From Octopus vulgaris (taxonomy: Eukaryota), in NCBI GenBank assembly GCA_951406725.2, contig OX597824.1, positions 29,016,001-29,080,000 on the forward strand: a stretch of 64,000 nt of DNA, read 5' to 3'. The notes beneath the pieces were generated by a model, which was given only the letters and a program-made list of their open reading frames with translations, searched no databases and was not told the origin of the DNA. Shown here piece by piece: positions 11,536-27,363 of the stretch (within the stretch, counting starts at the first letter, position 1; each line of letters opens with the position of its first letter). The translations under genes were made by a program, and so were the position numbers.

Positions 11536-12764
11536 CTTTCGAAATGCAGCCAACAATTCGAACACACCTGACATTTTTTTTAAACAGGCTGCACTGTTTC
11601 AAAACCAAGAAAAAAAGAACACAAGATAATATATCTTCGAGAAGCAACTACTTTCATGAAAACGCAATCATAAAGATAACAGAACAAATATTTCTTCGGA
11701 TAACCGCACTAAAAATATGTGCGACTCCCATCAAACCTGTCACGCATGACGTGGTAGTTTTAAAAGGAAATTTGGACAGGAAGTTGTCAGAAGGTTCTTC
11801 CTATGCTCCTAAAAAGTATAGTATCTCTCACCAGGGTAAGTGACCCTCTCTCACGTTTTTAAGCATTTTGGCAGCTTCTTTATATGGATATTCTACGATA
11901 GGTTGCTTAAATTAACGTGACACTGGTACAGCCTGAATGCATGAATACTTACTCAACGACCTCAGGATACAACATGTAGTGGTGGTAGTCAGTAAACAGA
12001 AACGTGGAGCTCCGAGATACACTATCGCGCCAACCTTCTTAGCCGTCGGCATAGTGTACGTCTCTTTCGCGTTGTCCGCAAGAATGACGTGGCAATTACG
12101 TATTGAAAAATGTTGGATGTAAATAGATTTTTCTTAAGCCTCGGGTTGTAAGAGTTTAAACGTGGAAAAGCAGAGACATTCTGAAAAAAACATCTCACCC
12201 ATTAAGTGTCTGTGCTCGATTACAGTGGAACCTTAGATACATTTTAGTGCCATGTGGGAGCAGCATTGATAACTTGATAGACCTGAGATATATCGCCCAA
12301 TACTTCAAAAACAAAACAGTGGTATATTCAGGTCATAAGTTTAGGTGAAAGGCTCAGTCTACGCTGCCCACGGTTTCTAAGTAGCTGGCTATACGGAGCA
12401 CAAATTCCTAATCAGCACAGTCAATTTAAATAAAGGCAACAAACGCTTATGTGAAGATAGAATGTGTCTTTACCAACACAATAGGATTTGAAAACTGACT
12501 TGGCGAATTAGTTAACTTTGATCGTTTTTTTTAGCTTTCGTTTGCTTCGGTCATTGCACAGCAACTATGCTGAGGCAACGCGTTGAAAAGCTTTCATGAG
12601 AAAAGGATAAAAAAAAAGAAAAGAAAATGATTCCGGTATGGTGTCTATTCTAATGCTCGCTTTTACTGAGATGCTACGTTACAGGAATGTAAACAAACCG
12701 ACTGCGATTGTTAAGCGTTGGGAGGTGAGGACACGGACAGATAACAACGTTAAGTTTACAAGTT

Positions 12765-13017
<253 letters not shown>

Positions 13018-13240
13018 AAACTTAGTTCGTCATCGTATCGAGTCATGTAGTGAGACCTTTGATGAACTTGGTAGATAAAACATTCTGGCCATCCTACAAA
13101 AGTTCCATAGCAAATGATGTTATTTCCGAATTGCAAAGCATCTCGAAACCAACATGGCGAAGGCAGTAGGCAGGGGGTTTATACTGTAAAACCAGCCATC
13201 GATACGAATGTTACAAAAGTATACAAACATACATTGAAAG

Positions 13241-13295
<55 letters not shown>

Positions 13296-13345
13296 TGTAT
13301 ATAGGTATGTTTGAGTATGAATACGCAAGTACACATATTTGTATG

Positions 13346-13416
<71 letters not shown>

Positions 13417-13509
13417 TTGTATGTATATATATATATATGTACGTAGGTTTGCATATATAAATAGGTATATATTATGCACGTTTGCATGTATAAATGAATA
13501 TATATATAC

Positions 13510-13551
<42 letters not shown>

Positions 13552-14148
13552 TTATACATATATATATATGTATAAATATGCATAATTATGTACATATATA
13601 CATGTATGTATATTTTATATATATATATATATATTATACATATCTAGATTATGTGTGTGTGTGAGCGCGCTCACGCGCACGTGTGTGTGTGTTTTAGTGT
13701 GTGCTTGTGTATGTATGTGCGTAGGCATGTATGTATGTTTGTCTCCTACACACACACATACACACAACACTAACAAACAGAACTATCTCCTGTCAAACGA
13801 AACCGCAAAATTTCATCGCCAAAGAATATGGATCGCTGTATTTACGAAATTCTATCTGGTGACATAAAAATAGTTATTAGCAGGAATATAATCTGAGCCG
13901 AAGTTCTAGCTTATACAGACGTTATTCCAAACATACCAAACTAATGTTATTGTTTATAGCGAACCATATTCTTTATGAGATTCCACTATTTTCTATCAGG
14001 ATAAAAATGCCAAACATTTGATGGAAGGCATACTAGTTGAAAACATTGTATATACATACATGCACCTGCACGTACGTAGATATTTATTACGTAGACATCT
14101 ATACATGCCCACATACACACACACACACTCGCACACATATATATTTAC

Positions 14149-14276
<128 letters not shown>

Positions 14277-14281
14277 GGATG

Positions 14282-14322
<41 letters not shown>

Positions 14323-14361
14323 ACAGATAGATGGGTGAATGGGTAGATAGATAGATAAATT

Positions 14362-14439
<78 letters not shown>

Positions 14440-14441
14440 CA

Positions 14442-14475
<34 letters not shown>

Positions 14476-15008
14476 ACAATTGCAGTATGGAAGGTGTTTG
14501 TAAGCCATTTAAGAAACACACTTGCTATGCAAGTATATCTCCGTAATATATATATATATATATATATACAATCACATACACGCATACAGATACTGGAATA
14601 AGTAAGTACACGCAGATCCAGATATATAAATATATGTGCGTGTATATAAATACGTGTGTGTGTTTGGGAGGGGGGTTATATATATATATATATATGTGTG
14701 TGTAAGCGTGACTCTAAGATTGAGAAAAGATTTGAATATGTTGTTACAAGTATATAAATGGAGATACGTACAAATATCTCCGTATGTTTGAGGATGCATT
14801 TCGCAGATTTACATGCCTGGTTGTATGCGTGGTTTGGGTATGTGTATACAAGCATATAATTTTATATGGGGAAACGTGTGCGCAGTATACTCATGCATTT
14901 TCAGGAATATTTCAACATGGTCAGTCAAACATGTAAACTATCTGCATACACACAACACACACACATATATATATATATACTATATACTTGTATATATACT
15001 TATATATA

Positions 15009-15046
<38 letters not shown>

Positions 15047-15051
15047 CCAAT

Positions 15052-15082
<31 letters not shown>

Positions 15083-15117
15083 TATGTACAAATATGTATG
15101 TTTATATGTTTACATAC

Positions 15118-15171
<54 letters not shown>

Positions 15172-15762
15172 GTATACATATAAACATACATATTTGTACA
15201 TGTATATATATATATATATATATATTATGTATGTATGTATGTATATATATATATATATAGCCTATGTTGTTTGTATCCATAGTCTTCAATTATCGATGCT
15301 TGCTGAGGTCACACCAGCTGTGAGTATAATATAAACTTACTGATCACTATCAGTTAAAATTACCCCAAACTCGATCGTTTTTATTACACCAAACATTCCG
15401 ATCTCTACTCATTCAATATCGGTTGATTCTTCTCACATTGTATATATAATTTTTTTTATAACATAGCCCAAGGTCATGGGGGTTCAGCATTTCACTTGTA
15501 AATCACGAAATTACCAGCTCGATCTCACTGCGTATTGTTAGAGTTAAGTGTGTAAGTGTGTTCGACCGCCTCCTCAGTTTCAGCCAAACATTGTTAAAAA
15601 AAACGTTGACTATACATAAACTGTTTCTGTGCTTGTATGTTTCCATGTATAAATCCGACAAAGAACCATGGCCGAAACGTCATGTTTTTACATTTTATTT
15701 TTCACCTAAATCTTTCAGTGTGGATGTGAATCAGATTTAGCTACTTATTTATCTGCTTCTTT

Positions 15763-15819
<57 letters not shown>

Positions 15820-16024
15820 TACACACACACAAACACACAGTAGCATATCTATGTGTGTATAATCTATGTATGTTTGTATGTACACGCACATGTCTGCGTG
15901 CATAGGTACACCATGATCTATACACATTTAGACGAGGGTCGATTAATGTGAAAAAGAAAGTGAACAACATGAAATACTTATATATCATGCATACACACAT
16001 ATGCACATCTATATATACATAATA

Positions 16025-16082
<58 letters not shown>

Positions 16083-16097
16083 TATATATATATAATA

Positions 16098-16156
<59 letters not shown>

Positions 16157-16168
16157 TATATATATATA

Positions 16169-16474
16169 TCACGTGATCAAGTGACCGACGAGGCTATTAG
16201 ATGTTGCTACACATCGCTGGTCACAATGCGCTTTGCATTGTTTTAGCCTTCAAATGACGTCACCCCGCTGGCTAAGTGAGCAGGCCAATAGTAAAAAGAG
16301 TGAGAGAAAGTTGCAACGAAAGAGTACAGCAGGGATCACTAGCACACCCTGCCGGAGCCTCGATGAGCTTTAGGTGTTTTCGCACAATGAACACCCACAA
16401 CGCCCGCTCTGGGAATCGCAACCGCGATCCTACGACTGCGAGTCCGCTGCTCTATCCACTGGGCCATTGCGCCT

Positions 16475-16476
<2 letters not shown>
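16169..16476 (-). mobile_element. tRNA-derived SINE family D
   Basis: Head ggaggcgcaatggcccagtggatagagc...ggttgcgattccc (A/B-box-like). Its tail is also seen at 3047-3145, and a degenerate copy lies at 42312-42592. Confidence 0.75.
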
Positions 16477-16528
<52 letters not shown>

Positions 16529-16606
16529 GTATCTTTATGTATATCTAGATACATACATATATACATACATACATTTACAAAAACACCACATATATACACA
16601 CACACA

Positions 16607-16838
16607 GGCGGTGAGCTGACAGAAACCTTAGCACGCCGGGCGAAATGCGTAGCCGTATTTCGTTGGCCGTTACGTTCTGAGTTCAAATTCCGCCGAGGTC
16701 GACTTTGCCTTTCATCCTTTCGGGGTCGATAAATAAAGTACCAGTTACGCACTGGGGTCGATGTAGTCGACTTAATCCCTTTGTCTGTCCTTGTTTGCCC
16801 CCTCTATGCTTAGCCCATTTGTGGGCAGTAAAGAAACA
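16607..16838 (+). mobile_element. SINE-A full copy (tail type 1)
   Basis: Complete consensus-like copy flanked by near-duplicated acatatatacacacacaca. Confidence 0.9.
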
Positions 16839-17409
16839 TATATATACACACACACATATTCATATGTGAATACGGACTAGTGTATGCACATGTCTGTCTA
16901 TACATCCACTCATACACACACACACACACACAAACACACATACATGCAAACAGACGCAGAATCTCTCAAACACTCAGTTGCTCAAACTCTGTACTAAAGC
17001 TGCAACATCTTTCCTCGTGAATTACCATAAGCTACAACGCATTCACACATTTCCGTTCTTTAAAACTTTACATACAACGCCAACACAAAGCATTTAGTCT
17101 CGCATGACGTAAAACACCGTGAAACACATTCAACGTATTAGATGCAATCCTTTTTAATTATAATTACTCTTATTAATTCTCGTCGCTTTGTTTAGTTCCT
17201 ATTCATAGGTATTTTGTATGTCTTTACTTGTGAGCTTCTGGATGAGTTTGTTTAGATATATATATGTGTGTATATATATTGAATTTTACAAGAATGCAGG
17301 CATGTAGGTATTGTAAAAGTGTCAGTGACTACATGTGGAAAATATATATCTATTTCTTTCTCTCCCTCTCTCTCACTCTCCCCCTCTCTCTGTCTCTGTC
17401 TCTCTCTCT

Positions 17410-17454
<45 letters not shown>

Positions 17455-17527
17455 CAAACACAGACACACATATATGTCTATATATACGTGTGTGTCTATG
17501 TATATATGTATTATATATGATTACATC

Positions 17528-17562
<35 letters not shown>

Positions 17563-17734
17563 ATATTTATGTATGCATATATGTATATATGTATATATAT
17601 TATATCTTCATATCTATGTGTGAGTATATATATGTATAATTATACATGCATATATATGTATAATTGGTACACTATATATGTGTATATATATACAAACATA
17701 CACAAAAACACGCGAACACATAGAAACATAGATG

Positions 17735-17803
<69 letters not shown>

Positions 17804-18138
17804 AGGCTCATATGTGTATATGTATGACATATTTATGCATATTTACAAATTATGTATTTACTCATCGCATATATGCTTGCAGATGCGGAAATTCATTTAC
17901 TTATGTATGTACGTACTTTACTACTAATGTTTATACATACTTATATATATATATATATATATGTCTGTGTGTGTGTGTGTATGTATGTAAGTATGTATAT
18001 GTATATGTATTTATACTTGTATCAATGTGTAGGCATGTATGGTAATTTAATACATTTTGCTAATATCTAATCAATTAAAAATATTCACTGAAATATCCTT
18101 ATTGTTAGAAATATTAATAAATAGTTAGATAGATCGTT

Positions 18139-18318
<180 letters not shown>

Positions 18319-18895
18319 TGAGTTCTGATCAATAAGTATCCGGACTGTTGCCATCGTAACGAAGCTTAAGCATGCAGAGTGAAGTCGCTAGGCAAAGATT
18401 GATTTTGAACTCTGATTTGTATGCGCACGAAGTTTTAACGCTCTCGTTCACTTCCGCTGCTTACAGCAGTGCTTTGAAGGAAGGTGTGTAGCGTATGTTC
18501 GTTGCATTGACCATGATAGTGAAAGTTGTGATGGCGATTCCTGCTGTGAGACCTATGCAAAGTTGCAAAAAGTGTATGAAGAGGAGTGTATGAGCAGCAC
18601 ACCAGTGTACGAGTCAGACTTTTCGAAGGTGGCCCAAAACAATGTCGATATTGACGAACGTTCTGGGAGACTCGCAACCAACAGAACTGAGAAAAAACAT
18701 CGCAGTTGTGCGTGCAGCTGTGAGAGAAAATCGTCAAATCACCACCCGTGAGTTAGTAGAGGGTGTGCACATTAGTTACGGCTCAGTTCAGTCCGTTATC
18801 CCTGAAGATTTGGGTATGAGATACGTATCTCCAAAGTTCTTGTCAAAACTGCTTTCAGCTAACCCCAAAAAAAAAAAACTATGGTTTCAGTTGTT
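18319..18895 (+). mobile_element. Mariner family 1, non-autonomous, 3'-truncated
   Basis: TA followed by the left TIR shared with 27428-28265. Decayed HTH coding (ENRQITTRELVEGVHISYGSVQSVIPEDLGMRYVSPKFLSKLLS). Runs into a SINE-A tail. Confidence 0.85.
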
Positions 18896-18976
18896 CACTG
18901 GAGTCGATCGAATCAACTTAAATACTCCTCCACAAATGTCAGACCTTGTTTCTACAGTAGAAAAGATTATTATTAA

Positions 18977-19375
18977 GGTGGTGAGTAGGCTGAAAGTTAG
19001 TACGCCGGGCGAAATGCTTAGCGGTATTTCGTCTGCCGCTACGTTCTGAATTCAAATTCCGCCGAGGTCGACTTTGCCTTTCATCCTTTCGGGGACGATA
19101 AAGTACCAATTACGCACTGGGGTCGATATAATCGACTTAATCCGTCTGTCTGTCCTTGTTTGTCACCTCTGTGTTTAGCAACCTTGTGGGTAGTAAAGAA
19201 ATAGGTATTTCGTCTGCCTTTACGTTCTGAGTTCAAATTCCGCCGAAGTCGACTTTGGCTTTCATTCTTTCGGGGTCGATAAATTCAGTACCAGTAAAAC
19301 ACTGAGGTCGATGTAATCGTCTAGTACCCTCCCCCAAAATTTCAGACCTTGTGTCTTTAGCAGAAAAGGCTATTT
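18977..19375 (+). mobile_element. SINE-A dimer (tail 1 then tail 2)
   Basis: Tail-1 copy ends aaagaaata and restarts at ggtatttcgtc. Confidence 0.85.
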
Positions 19376-19460
<85 letters not shown>

Positions 19461-19483
19461 CATTATTATTATTATTATTATTA

Positions 19484-19586
<103 letters not shown>

Positions 19587-19629
19587 TATTATTATCATCA
19601 TCATCATCATCATTATTATTATTATTATC

Positions 19630-19897
19630 GTCTTTGCACAGCTTCTAATGCTGGAGATGTACTACAGTGTCAGCTGTTCACTACCAGTGAAATAAGGTAA
19701 CACCTCTTATTATTCGAGCGGTTCCAAGAAGTGCTATTTTCTGCAAGTGCTCCATCCTTATTACAGCCCCTATTTGTTCCACGTACTTCTCGAGATTTTT
19801 GCTCACAGCTCCCAGGGCTCCGACAATTATTGGTACTACTGCTACCCTTTTCAACGACCACAACTACTTAACTTCCCAAGCTAATCTATCATATCTC

Positions 19898-19898
<1 letters not shown>
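19630..19898 (-). mobile_element. Dong/R4-type REL LINE 3' fragment in (TAA)n
   Basis: WSLKRVAVVPIIVGALGAVSKNLEKY...LQKIALLGTARIIR; (ATT)n arrays on both sides. Confidence 0.8.
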
Positions 19899-19964
<66 letters not shown>

Positions 19965-19976
19965 GTTATTATTATT

Positions 19977-20754
19977 CTATGTTTGACTTTTGCTTTATGT
20001 CTGTACAAGTTGGCTCCAAGTCTCACCCAGAGACCTCAAGAGACAACAGGTTTGAAGTTCACGTTGTTGTTATGCCTAGTGTGCCATATATTTGGGGGGT
20101 TTTTTGGTGTTGTACTAGTGAATGTCTAATAAATAAATAAGAAAAAAAAGTTTGTTTTAAACGTTGGGATTACATAGAGAGTATTTTGCGTAGGATATGA
20201 GCAGTTCCCATGAGCACTATCTTTTGAATTTCTGCCATTTTTGGGGTTTCCTGGTATCTGAGTTAGGTAGCAATCGGCCCCTTTCGCTATCATTCCCAGG
20301 GCACCTATGACAACAGGTATTGTTTTAGTCCTCAGGTTCCACATTTTGCTGATTTCTATTTCAAGATCTTTATATTTGCTCAGTTTTATGGTAGGTCTTG
20401 ACAGATACGTTTATATCGATTGGGACAGTCATATCAATGAGGAGACATGTTCTTTGTCTGAAGTCTTTCAATATGATGTCTGGCCTATTTGCATCTATCT
20501 TTCTGTCAGTTTGAATGGTGAAGTTCCAGAGGAGTGAGATGTGGTCATTTTCAAGCACTGGAGGTGGATTGTGTTCCCACCAGTTTTTTTCATGGGGCAA
20601 ATCCAGGTTTTTGCAAATTACCCAGTGAATATATTGTGCAGCTCTATCATGCCTATTGAGGTCCTCTGTAGGCGCTAGAAGACTGCATTTGGAGACAACA
20701 TGATCAATGGTTTCATTTTGTTGTCGGCATACACGACATGTTGGGCTACTGCCG
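19977..20754 (-). mobile_element. Dong/R4-type REL LINE 3' fragment (CCHC finger plus REL endonuclease, frameshifted)
   Basis: CRVCRQQNETIDHVVSKC...RHD...ANRPDIILKD...LIDMTVP...MWNLRTKTIPVVIGALG. The 3' UTR is shared with 55166-55386. Confidence 0.88.
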
Positions 20755-21155
20755 GGCGAAATGCTTAGCGGTATTTCGTCTGCCGTTACGTTCTGAGTTC
20801 AAATTCCGCCGAGGTCGACTTTGCCTTTCATCCTTTCAGGGCCGATAAATTAAGTACCAGTTACGCTCTGGGGTCGATGTAATCGACTTAATCCGTTTGT
20901 CTGTCTTGGTTTGTCTCCTCTATGTTTATCCCTTTGTGGGGAATAAAGAAATAAGAATCGTTGGCACGCTGGACGAAATGTTTAGCGATATTTCGCCCGT
21001 CGCTACGTTCTGAGTTCAAATTCCGACGAGATCGACTTTCCCTGTCATCTTTTCGGGGTCGATAAAGTAAGTTACCTGAGAAACACTGGGTTCGATATAA
21101 TTCTCTAGTCCCTTGCTCCAAATTTTAGGCCTTGTGCCTTTGGTGGAAAGGATTG
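20751..21155 (+). mobile_element. SINE-A dimer (5'-truncated tail-1 copy, then tail-2 copy)
   Basis: Restart at agaatcgttggc after aaagaaata; tail-2 hairpin aggc-cttgt-gcct at 21127-21139. Confidence 0.85.
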
Positions 21156-21216
21156 CTATTATTATCATTGCGACAAGAGCAGCAACGGCAGTGGCAGCAG
21201 CAGCAGCAGCAGCCGC

Positions 21217-21276
<60 letters not shown>

Positions 21277-21338
21277 GGTGGTGGTGGTGGTGGTGGTGGT
21301 GTGGTGGTGGTGGTGGTGGTGGTGTGTGGTAGTAGTAT

Positions 21339-21393
<55 letters not shown>

Positions 21394-21427
21394 GGTGGTG
21401 GTGGTGGTGGTGGTAGTGGTGGTGGCG

Positions 21428-21470
<43 letters not shown>

Positions 21471-21649
21471 AAAAGAGGAGGAGGGGAAGTAGGAAGAGAA
21501 CGAGGAGTAGAAAATTTGAAGAAGAAGAAGAAGAAGAAGGAAAAGAAGAAGAAAGAACTCAAACGTAAGGTGTTTCTTTGTTTCTGTAACATAGACTTCT
21601 AATTTGCATCTGTTATAAGGTACACACACACATCAGTATATATATATAC

Positions 21650-21680
<31 letters not shown>

Positions 21681-22101
21681 CATATATTTATGTTTATGTG
21701 TGTGTACCTGTGTGTGTGTTTGCGTAAGCGTGCGTATGTACGCGTGGGGGTGTGTATGTGCGTTGGTGCGCCTGCATTTTGTTCATCTAATGGTGTTGTT
21801 GAAATTAACGAACTGAGAGGCAGAGGCTGTTTTGGTAAATGAAATAAGCAGACGGACAGGAAGTCTAGCGATATCGCATTTCATTCTAATTGGCGTAGAT
21901 GCATACACAGACTCGCACGCACACATACATAACAACGTATAAAGCATGCACACACGCGTACACACACAAATATCAAAAACACATATGTAAGTGAATGCGC
22001 ATGGATATTGTTTTGGCTTCATACGCTAATACATGAAACAGACATGTAAATAAAATGATCCTATATGTGTGTGTATGTGTGAGTGTGTTAGTAAGGGTGT
22101 A

Positions 22102-22137
<36 letters not shown>

Positions 22138-22489
22138 TGTGTGTGTGTAAGTGTTAGGATGTGTGTGTGTGTGTGGATATGTATGTATATACATATACAT
22201 GTACATATGTACATATATATACATGTATATATATATATATACGCATACACATATATGTATATATATATATGAGTGTGTGTGTATGTGTGTGTGTGTGTGC
22301 GTGTAATCATATATACACATATATAAATGTATGCATGTATGAGTATGTGTGTGTGTATACAAATATACATATATTGCATATATATACGTTTATATATATT
22401 TGTTGATGTACTTTTATATGTTTGTATGTATTTGTGCGTGTATAAGTCTGTGTGTATCAATATACATGTATATGCATACACCCCTCCCC

Positions 22490-22528
<39 letters not shown>

Positions 22529-22722
22529 GCGCGATCGTGAATATATATATATTATGCGTATATGTTTGAGTGTGTGTATACATTTACGTATAGATTCGCT
22601 TCTTCTTGTAAGCTAGGCTAGCTACGGGTGTACCTTTTACCGGTATGAAATCGTCTGAAGAGGCTTCATTTAGTATCGTGGTAATATGGTAAAAGGAAGC
22701 GAAAAATAGAATCCCTGAGATA

Positions 22723-22774
<52 letters not shown>

Positions 22775-23548
22775 GCTTGGTGTTGTGTGTGTGTGAACGT
22801 TTGTTCGATATATCGATATATATATACGTGTGTGTGTGTGTGTGTGTGTGTGTGTACCATTAACTGTAAGTTTGAGACACTGTTCCTACAGGAAAAAAAA
22901 CATTCGTGAAACTTTTCTATATAGATTTTTTTTTCTTCCCTGGTAAGTATTGAACCTGACACCACAGGCAAAGAATCCTACCACCAATTTCACATAGAGT
23001 GTATAAAATGTACTGTAATATGTTGTTTTTTGTTGCATGCATACATACATACATACATACATACATACATACATACATACATACATACATACATACACAC
23101 ATACATACATACATATATACCTAGGATATGTAACACACTGCCAACATACCATTCTTCTCAAAACTAGAAAGGAGAAAGCTAATTCGTAGATTACAGATCC
23201 AATGTATCACTAGAACTGTAGAAATCTGTGAAACTTTCCAGAAGTTTATCATTTCAATATTTATGAGCATATATGCAAATACATAACTGGGAATATATGC
23301 ATAAAACAAACCATAAAAATCTGCACATATACATACATACACACAAAAATACCCTCTCGTTGATGTTTGAATTCCAATGAAGGAGCCTTGGATCTAGATT
23401 AGAAACCGGTCCTTTCTCTGTTGCAAGAAATCTTGAAATTAAACTGAACAATGGCATACAAACTTTCATACATACATACATACATACATACATACATACA
23501 TACAAACATACATACATAAATAATTTTTTTTAAATACATACACACATG

Positions 23549-24288
23549 CATAAATGGTATCAAAAATGTTCCTGGGCTAGTTATGTTTAATAAAAAATAA
23601 CTTATTTGCCTACGTTTTAGCATCATCTATTTCGAAATAGTCACCTTGCGGAGCAAAACACCTGTCGTAGCGTTCCTGTCATTTTTGGAATCTGACCTGG
23701 AAGTTGGTTTTCATAAGCGAGTCGAGGACCTTCTGCAATTTGCCCTGGATCTCGATAATGGTGTTAAAACAATGACCTTTGAGCTGCCTTTCAGCTTGGG
23801 GAAGAGATGGAAGTCCGCAGGTGCTAAATCAGGGCGGGTGCAGCAGTGATATCATTTTGTTTATGGCGAGAGATTTTCAAGTGAGGAGAGCTTGGTTACA
23901 GGGTGCATTGTCAATGTGAAGAACCCACTCCTTCGCGCTCGACTGACCAGGGTCACTTTCCTTGAATGCCGTCCCTCAAACGCCTCAAAACGTCGCAGAA
24001 AAATTCATCCCATAGTGTGGACCTGGAAGATGAATTCTCGATGCACAATACTGCAGATGTTTCTTTGCACTTCTGAAGCACCCGTGCCACTCGAAACATT
24101 GTGTACGGCTACATCGCCGGCTACAGCACACACGTGATCGCAGAAACATAAACTTCACAATTTGCGAAGTAAACATACCGATGTTACTGAGCACATTGCC
24201 TCATGATAGTTATTACTAACTCTCACTGCGCACGCAATAGTCTGCTACAATCAGTTGGTGGACTACAGAACCTTTTGATACCACCTCG
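23549..24288 (-). mobile_element. Mariner family 2, internally deleted, decayed transposase
   Basis: Minus-strand peptides SRTQCFEWHGCFRS, IVHREF, WVLHIDNAPC, PDLAPADFHLFPKL and FQK*QERYDRCFAPQGDYFE. TIRs tggtatcaaaa...ttttgataccacctcg followed by TA. Confidence 0.88.
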
Positions 24289-24300
24289 TACATACATACA

Positions 24301-24331
<31 letters not shown>

Positions 24332-24390
24332 TCTGTGTCCTTATATTTGTAAAAAGGGGAGGCAATCACCCCCGCCAGCTGGGACTAGAG

Positions 24391-24436
24391 CCTGAAGACA
24401 TATGTTTCTGAGTGCATTGCTTGTCATCAGTCCAGG
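24391..24436 (-). ncRNA. Type I hammerhead-like motif with imperfect stem II
   Basis: Minus strand reads CCTGGA-CTGATGA-caagcaatgcactca-GAAAC-ATAT-GTC-TTCAGG: intact core, 6-bp stem I, palindromic stem III. Confidence 0.65.
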
Positions 24437-25883
24437 GTAGTCAGTTTCGCTCGCTGAGATGACTGCAACCTCTCTGCAAATATATCCTATTTTCGGTAAA
24501 ATTTATTTACTGATCACCAAAATTAGAAATATTGAATTTCTAAATGTCTCAGACAGACATGAGCAGTTGTGGAGCGATATAGTTTCGAGATTATTGTTCT
24601 TCATCAACACAGAGTAGCTGTATGGCTAGGCAGTGTTGGCGAATTCACGGTTCAACGGGACACACAAAGTGTGTGTGTGTGTGTGTGTGCCTGCGCGCCT
24701 GCCTTTGTGTATGTATGCATGCATGTATATGTATTAATTGGCTGCAAAGACACAGTATTTAGTTTGGGAAGCATAATATACTACCAAGTATATTAAAGGT
24801 TTACGAGTCAATAATGTGCTTTATTTCTGTGTTAGCAGTGCAATGTTTTCATTCTTAAGTTAGATTTACTTTAGAATTAAGAGCCAGCATCGAAATTTCC
24901 GATGTTTCATATACGAAACATTTCATCTAAACAAAGCGATCGAAGATAGAGAAAATAGGTAATTGTATTGAATACATGATTTCTCATGTTTTCTCTCTTT
25001 GTCTCTCTCTGTCTCTCTTCACTCTCTCTTTGTCCACACTCTGACTCTTTCCTTCTTTCTCTGTCTCACTTTCTCTCTCTCTCATTATCTTTCACACTCT
25101 CTCAATCTCTCGCATTCTCCCTCACTCCCTTTCTGTCTTTCTCTCCCTCTCCTTTTTCTTCTCCTCTCTCTCACTCTCCTTTTCTATCTCTTTCTCTTCC
25201 CTCTTCTCTCTTTCTCCCCACTCACTCTCTTTATCCCCCCTCTCTCTCTGTGTATCGTGGCCTGAAGCCCATCGTACACACACACACACACACACACATA
25301 TATACACGCACACACACAAATACAAACACACACACACATACACACACACACTTATATATGTACGACGGACTTCTTTCAGTTTCCGTCTGCCAAATCCACT
25401 CACACGGCTTTCTTAATCCCGAGGCTATACTACAAGAAGACACGTGCCCAAGGTGCCACGCAATGTGAGTGAACCCGGAACCACGTGGTTGAGAAGCAAG
25501 AGAGAATAATTTCAATGAATCAATAACTTGTAGCATATTTAATATACCTTTATTCTTCTCCGTCCTTCAAGTGTACGCCACCATCCACTCTGAGACACTT
25601 ATTTTCATTTCACTTGTATGTGTATGCGTGTGCATTTATGCTTGTGAGTGCGTAAGTATGTATATTTGTACGTGTATGAATACGTGTGTACATGCATATA
25701 AGCACACATCTGTGAGTGCAATTCTGTCACCACACATGATATATGTATTCGTATGAGGTTGAGGTTCATTCCGCATTATGAGCCATCACGTTCGCCAAAG
25801 CCCTATTCATCCCTGCAATTAATCAATTATGAGCTTGTGACCGTGTATGTGAGTGTTTGTGCGACATGTTGATATTTACGCAT

Positions 25884-25920
<37 letters not shown>

Positions 25921-26013
25921 TGTGTGTGTGTGTGTGAATGTCTGTGTGTGTGTGTGTGTGAATCTCTGTATGTGTGTGTGTGTGTGTGTATAAACGCACG
26001 CGCTCGCAGTAAG

Positions 26014-26112
<99 letters not shown>

Positions 26113-26298
26113 CAGACAGATAGATAGATGGATGTAAATGTAGTTATCTATATGTATATATGCACACCGGCACAAGCACACAATCGCATACACATGTGCA
26201 TGTATATATATGTATATATGTATATCAGCCTCATTATCGCCATAGATCGTTCGGTATATATATGTGTGTGTGTGTCTGTGTCTGTGTCTGTATGTGTG

Positions 26299-26339
<41 letters not shown>

Positions 26340-26535
26340 ATATATGTATGCATGTATATGAATATATGCATATATATGTATATGTATGTATATATTATAT
26401 ATACTTGTATATATGTATGCACACACACACACATATATATATATATATTCACCCACATATATGTATATTTGTATGCATGCATGGGTGTGTGAGCGTGTAT
26501 GTATATTTATGCATATAAGCACCCTCATATACAAA

Positions 26536-26588
<53 letters not shown>

Positions 26589-27297
26589 ATATATATATAT
26601 ATGTATATGTATGTATATATATATGTATACATATATATATATATATACACACACACACACGCACACACACACACATATATATGTATGTATATATATATAC
26701 ACACATCTATATATGTGAGAGTGCGCGTGTGCATTCGTGTCTGTGCATGTATGCATATGTATGTAGATATACACCCACATATACATGTTTGTATTATACA
26801 TGTGTGCACGTGTGTGTACGTGTATATATGTACGCATGAATGCATGCATTTATGCATCTATGTATGTATGCGTGTGAGTGTTTATATGTCTGAATGTAGA
26901 TAAGTATGTGCATATGTACTGTCCACATTATGGTAGATGAAAAGTGAGTGTTCTGCATACTAAACATAGATTCGATGTTTTCGTATGTAACACAGCAAGT
27001 AAAACGAAATCTAATTAAAGGAAACTACCACAATTCGTAAGTGAAATCTCCCTATATTTAGATTTTAAAAGACCGATGCAAGACAAAAATAACTGCATTG
27101 AGGTCAGTTATTGTTTATCATTTCTTTATTTCAGTCATTGGAAGGTGGTCATGCTGGAGCACCGCTTTGAAGGGTTTATAGTCAGACAAATCCACCGTAG
27201 CACAATTTTTTTAAGACTGATACTACTTCTATCGGCTCCTTCTGTCGAAGAGTTGAAGCTACGTATATGCAACCATACCAACACACATACACACACC

Positions 27298-27331
<34 letters not shown>

Positions 27332-27332
27332 G

Positions 27333-27363
<31 letters not shown>

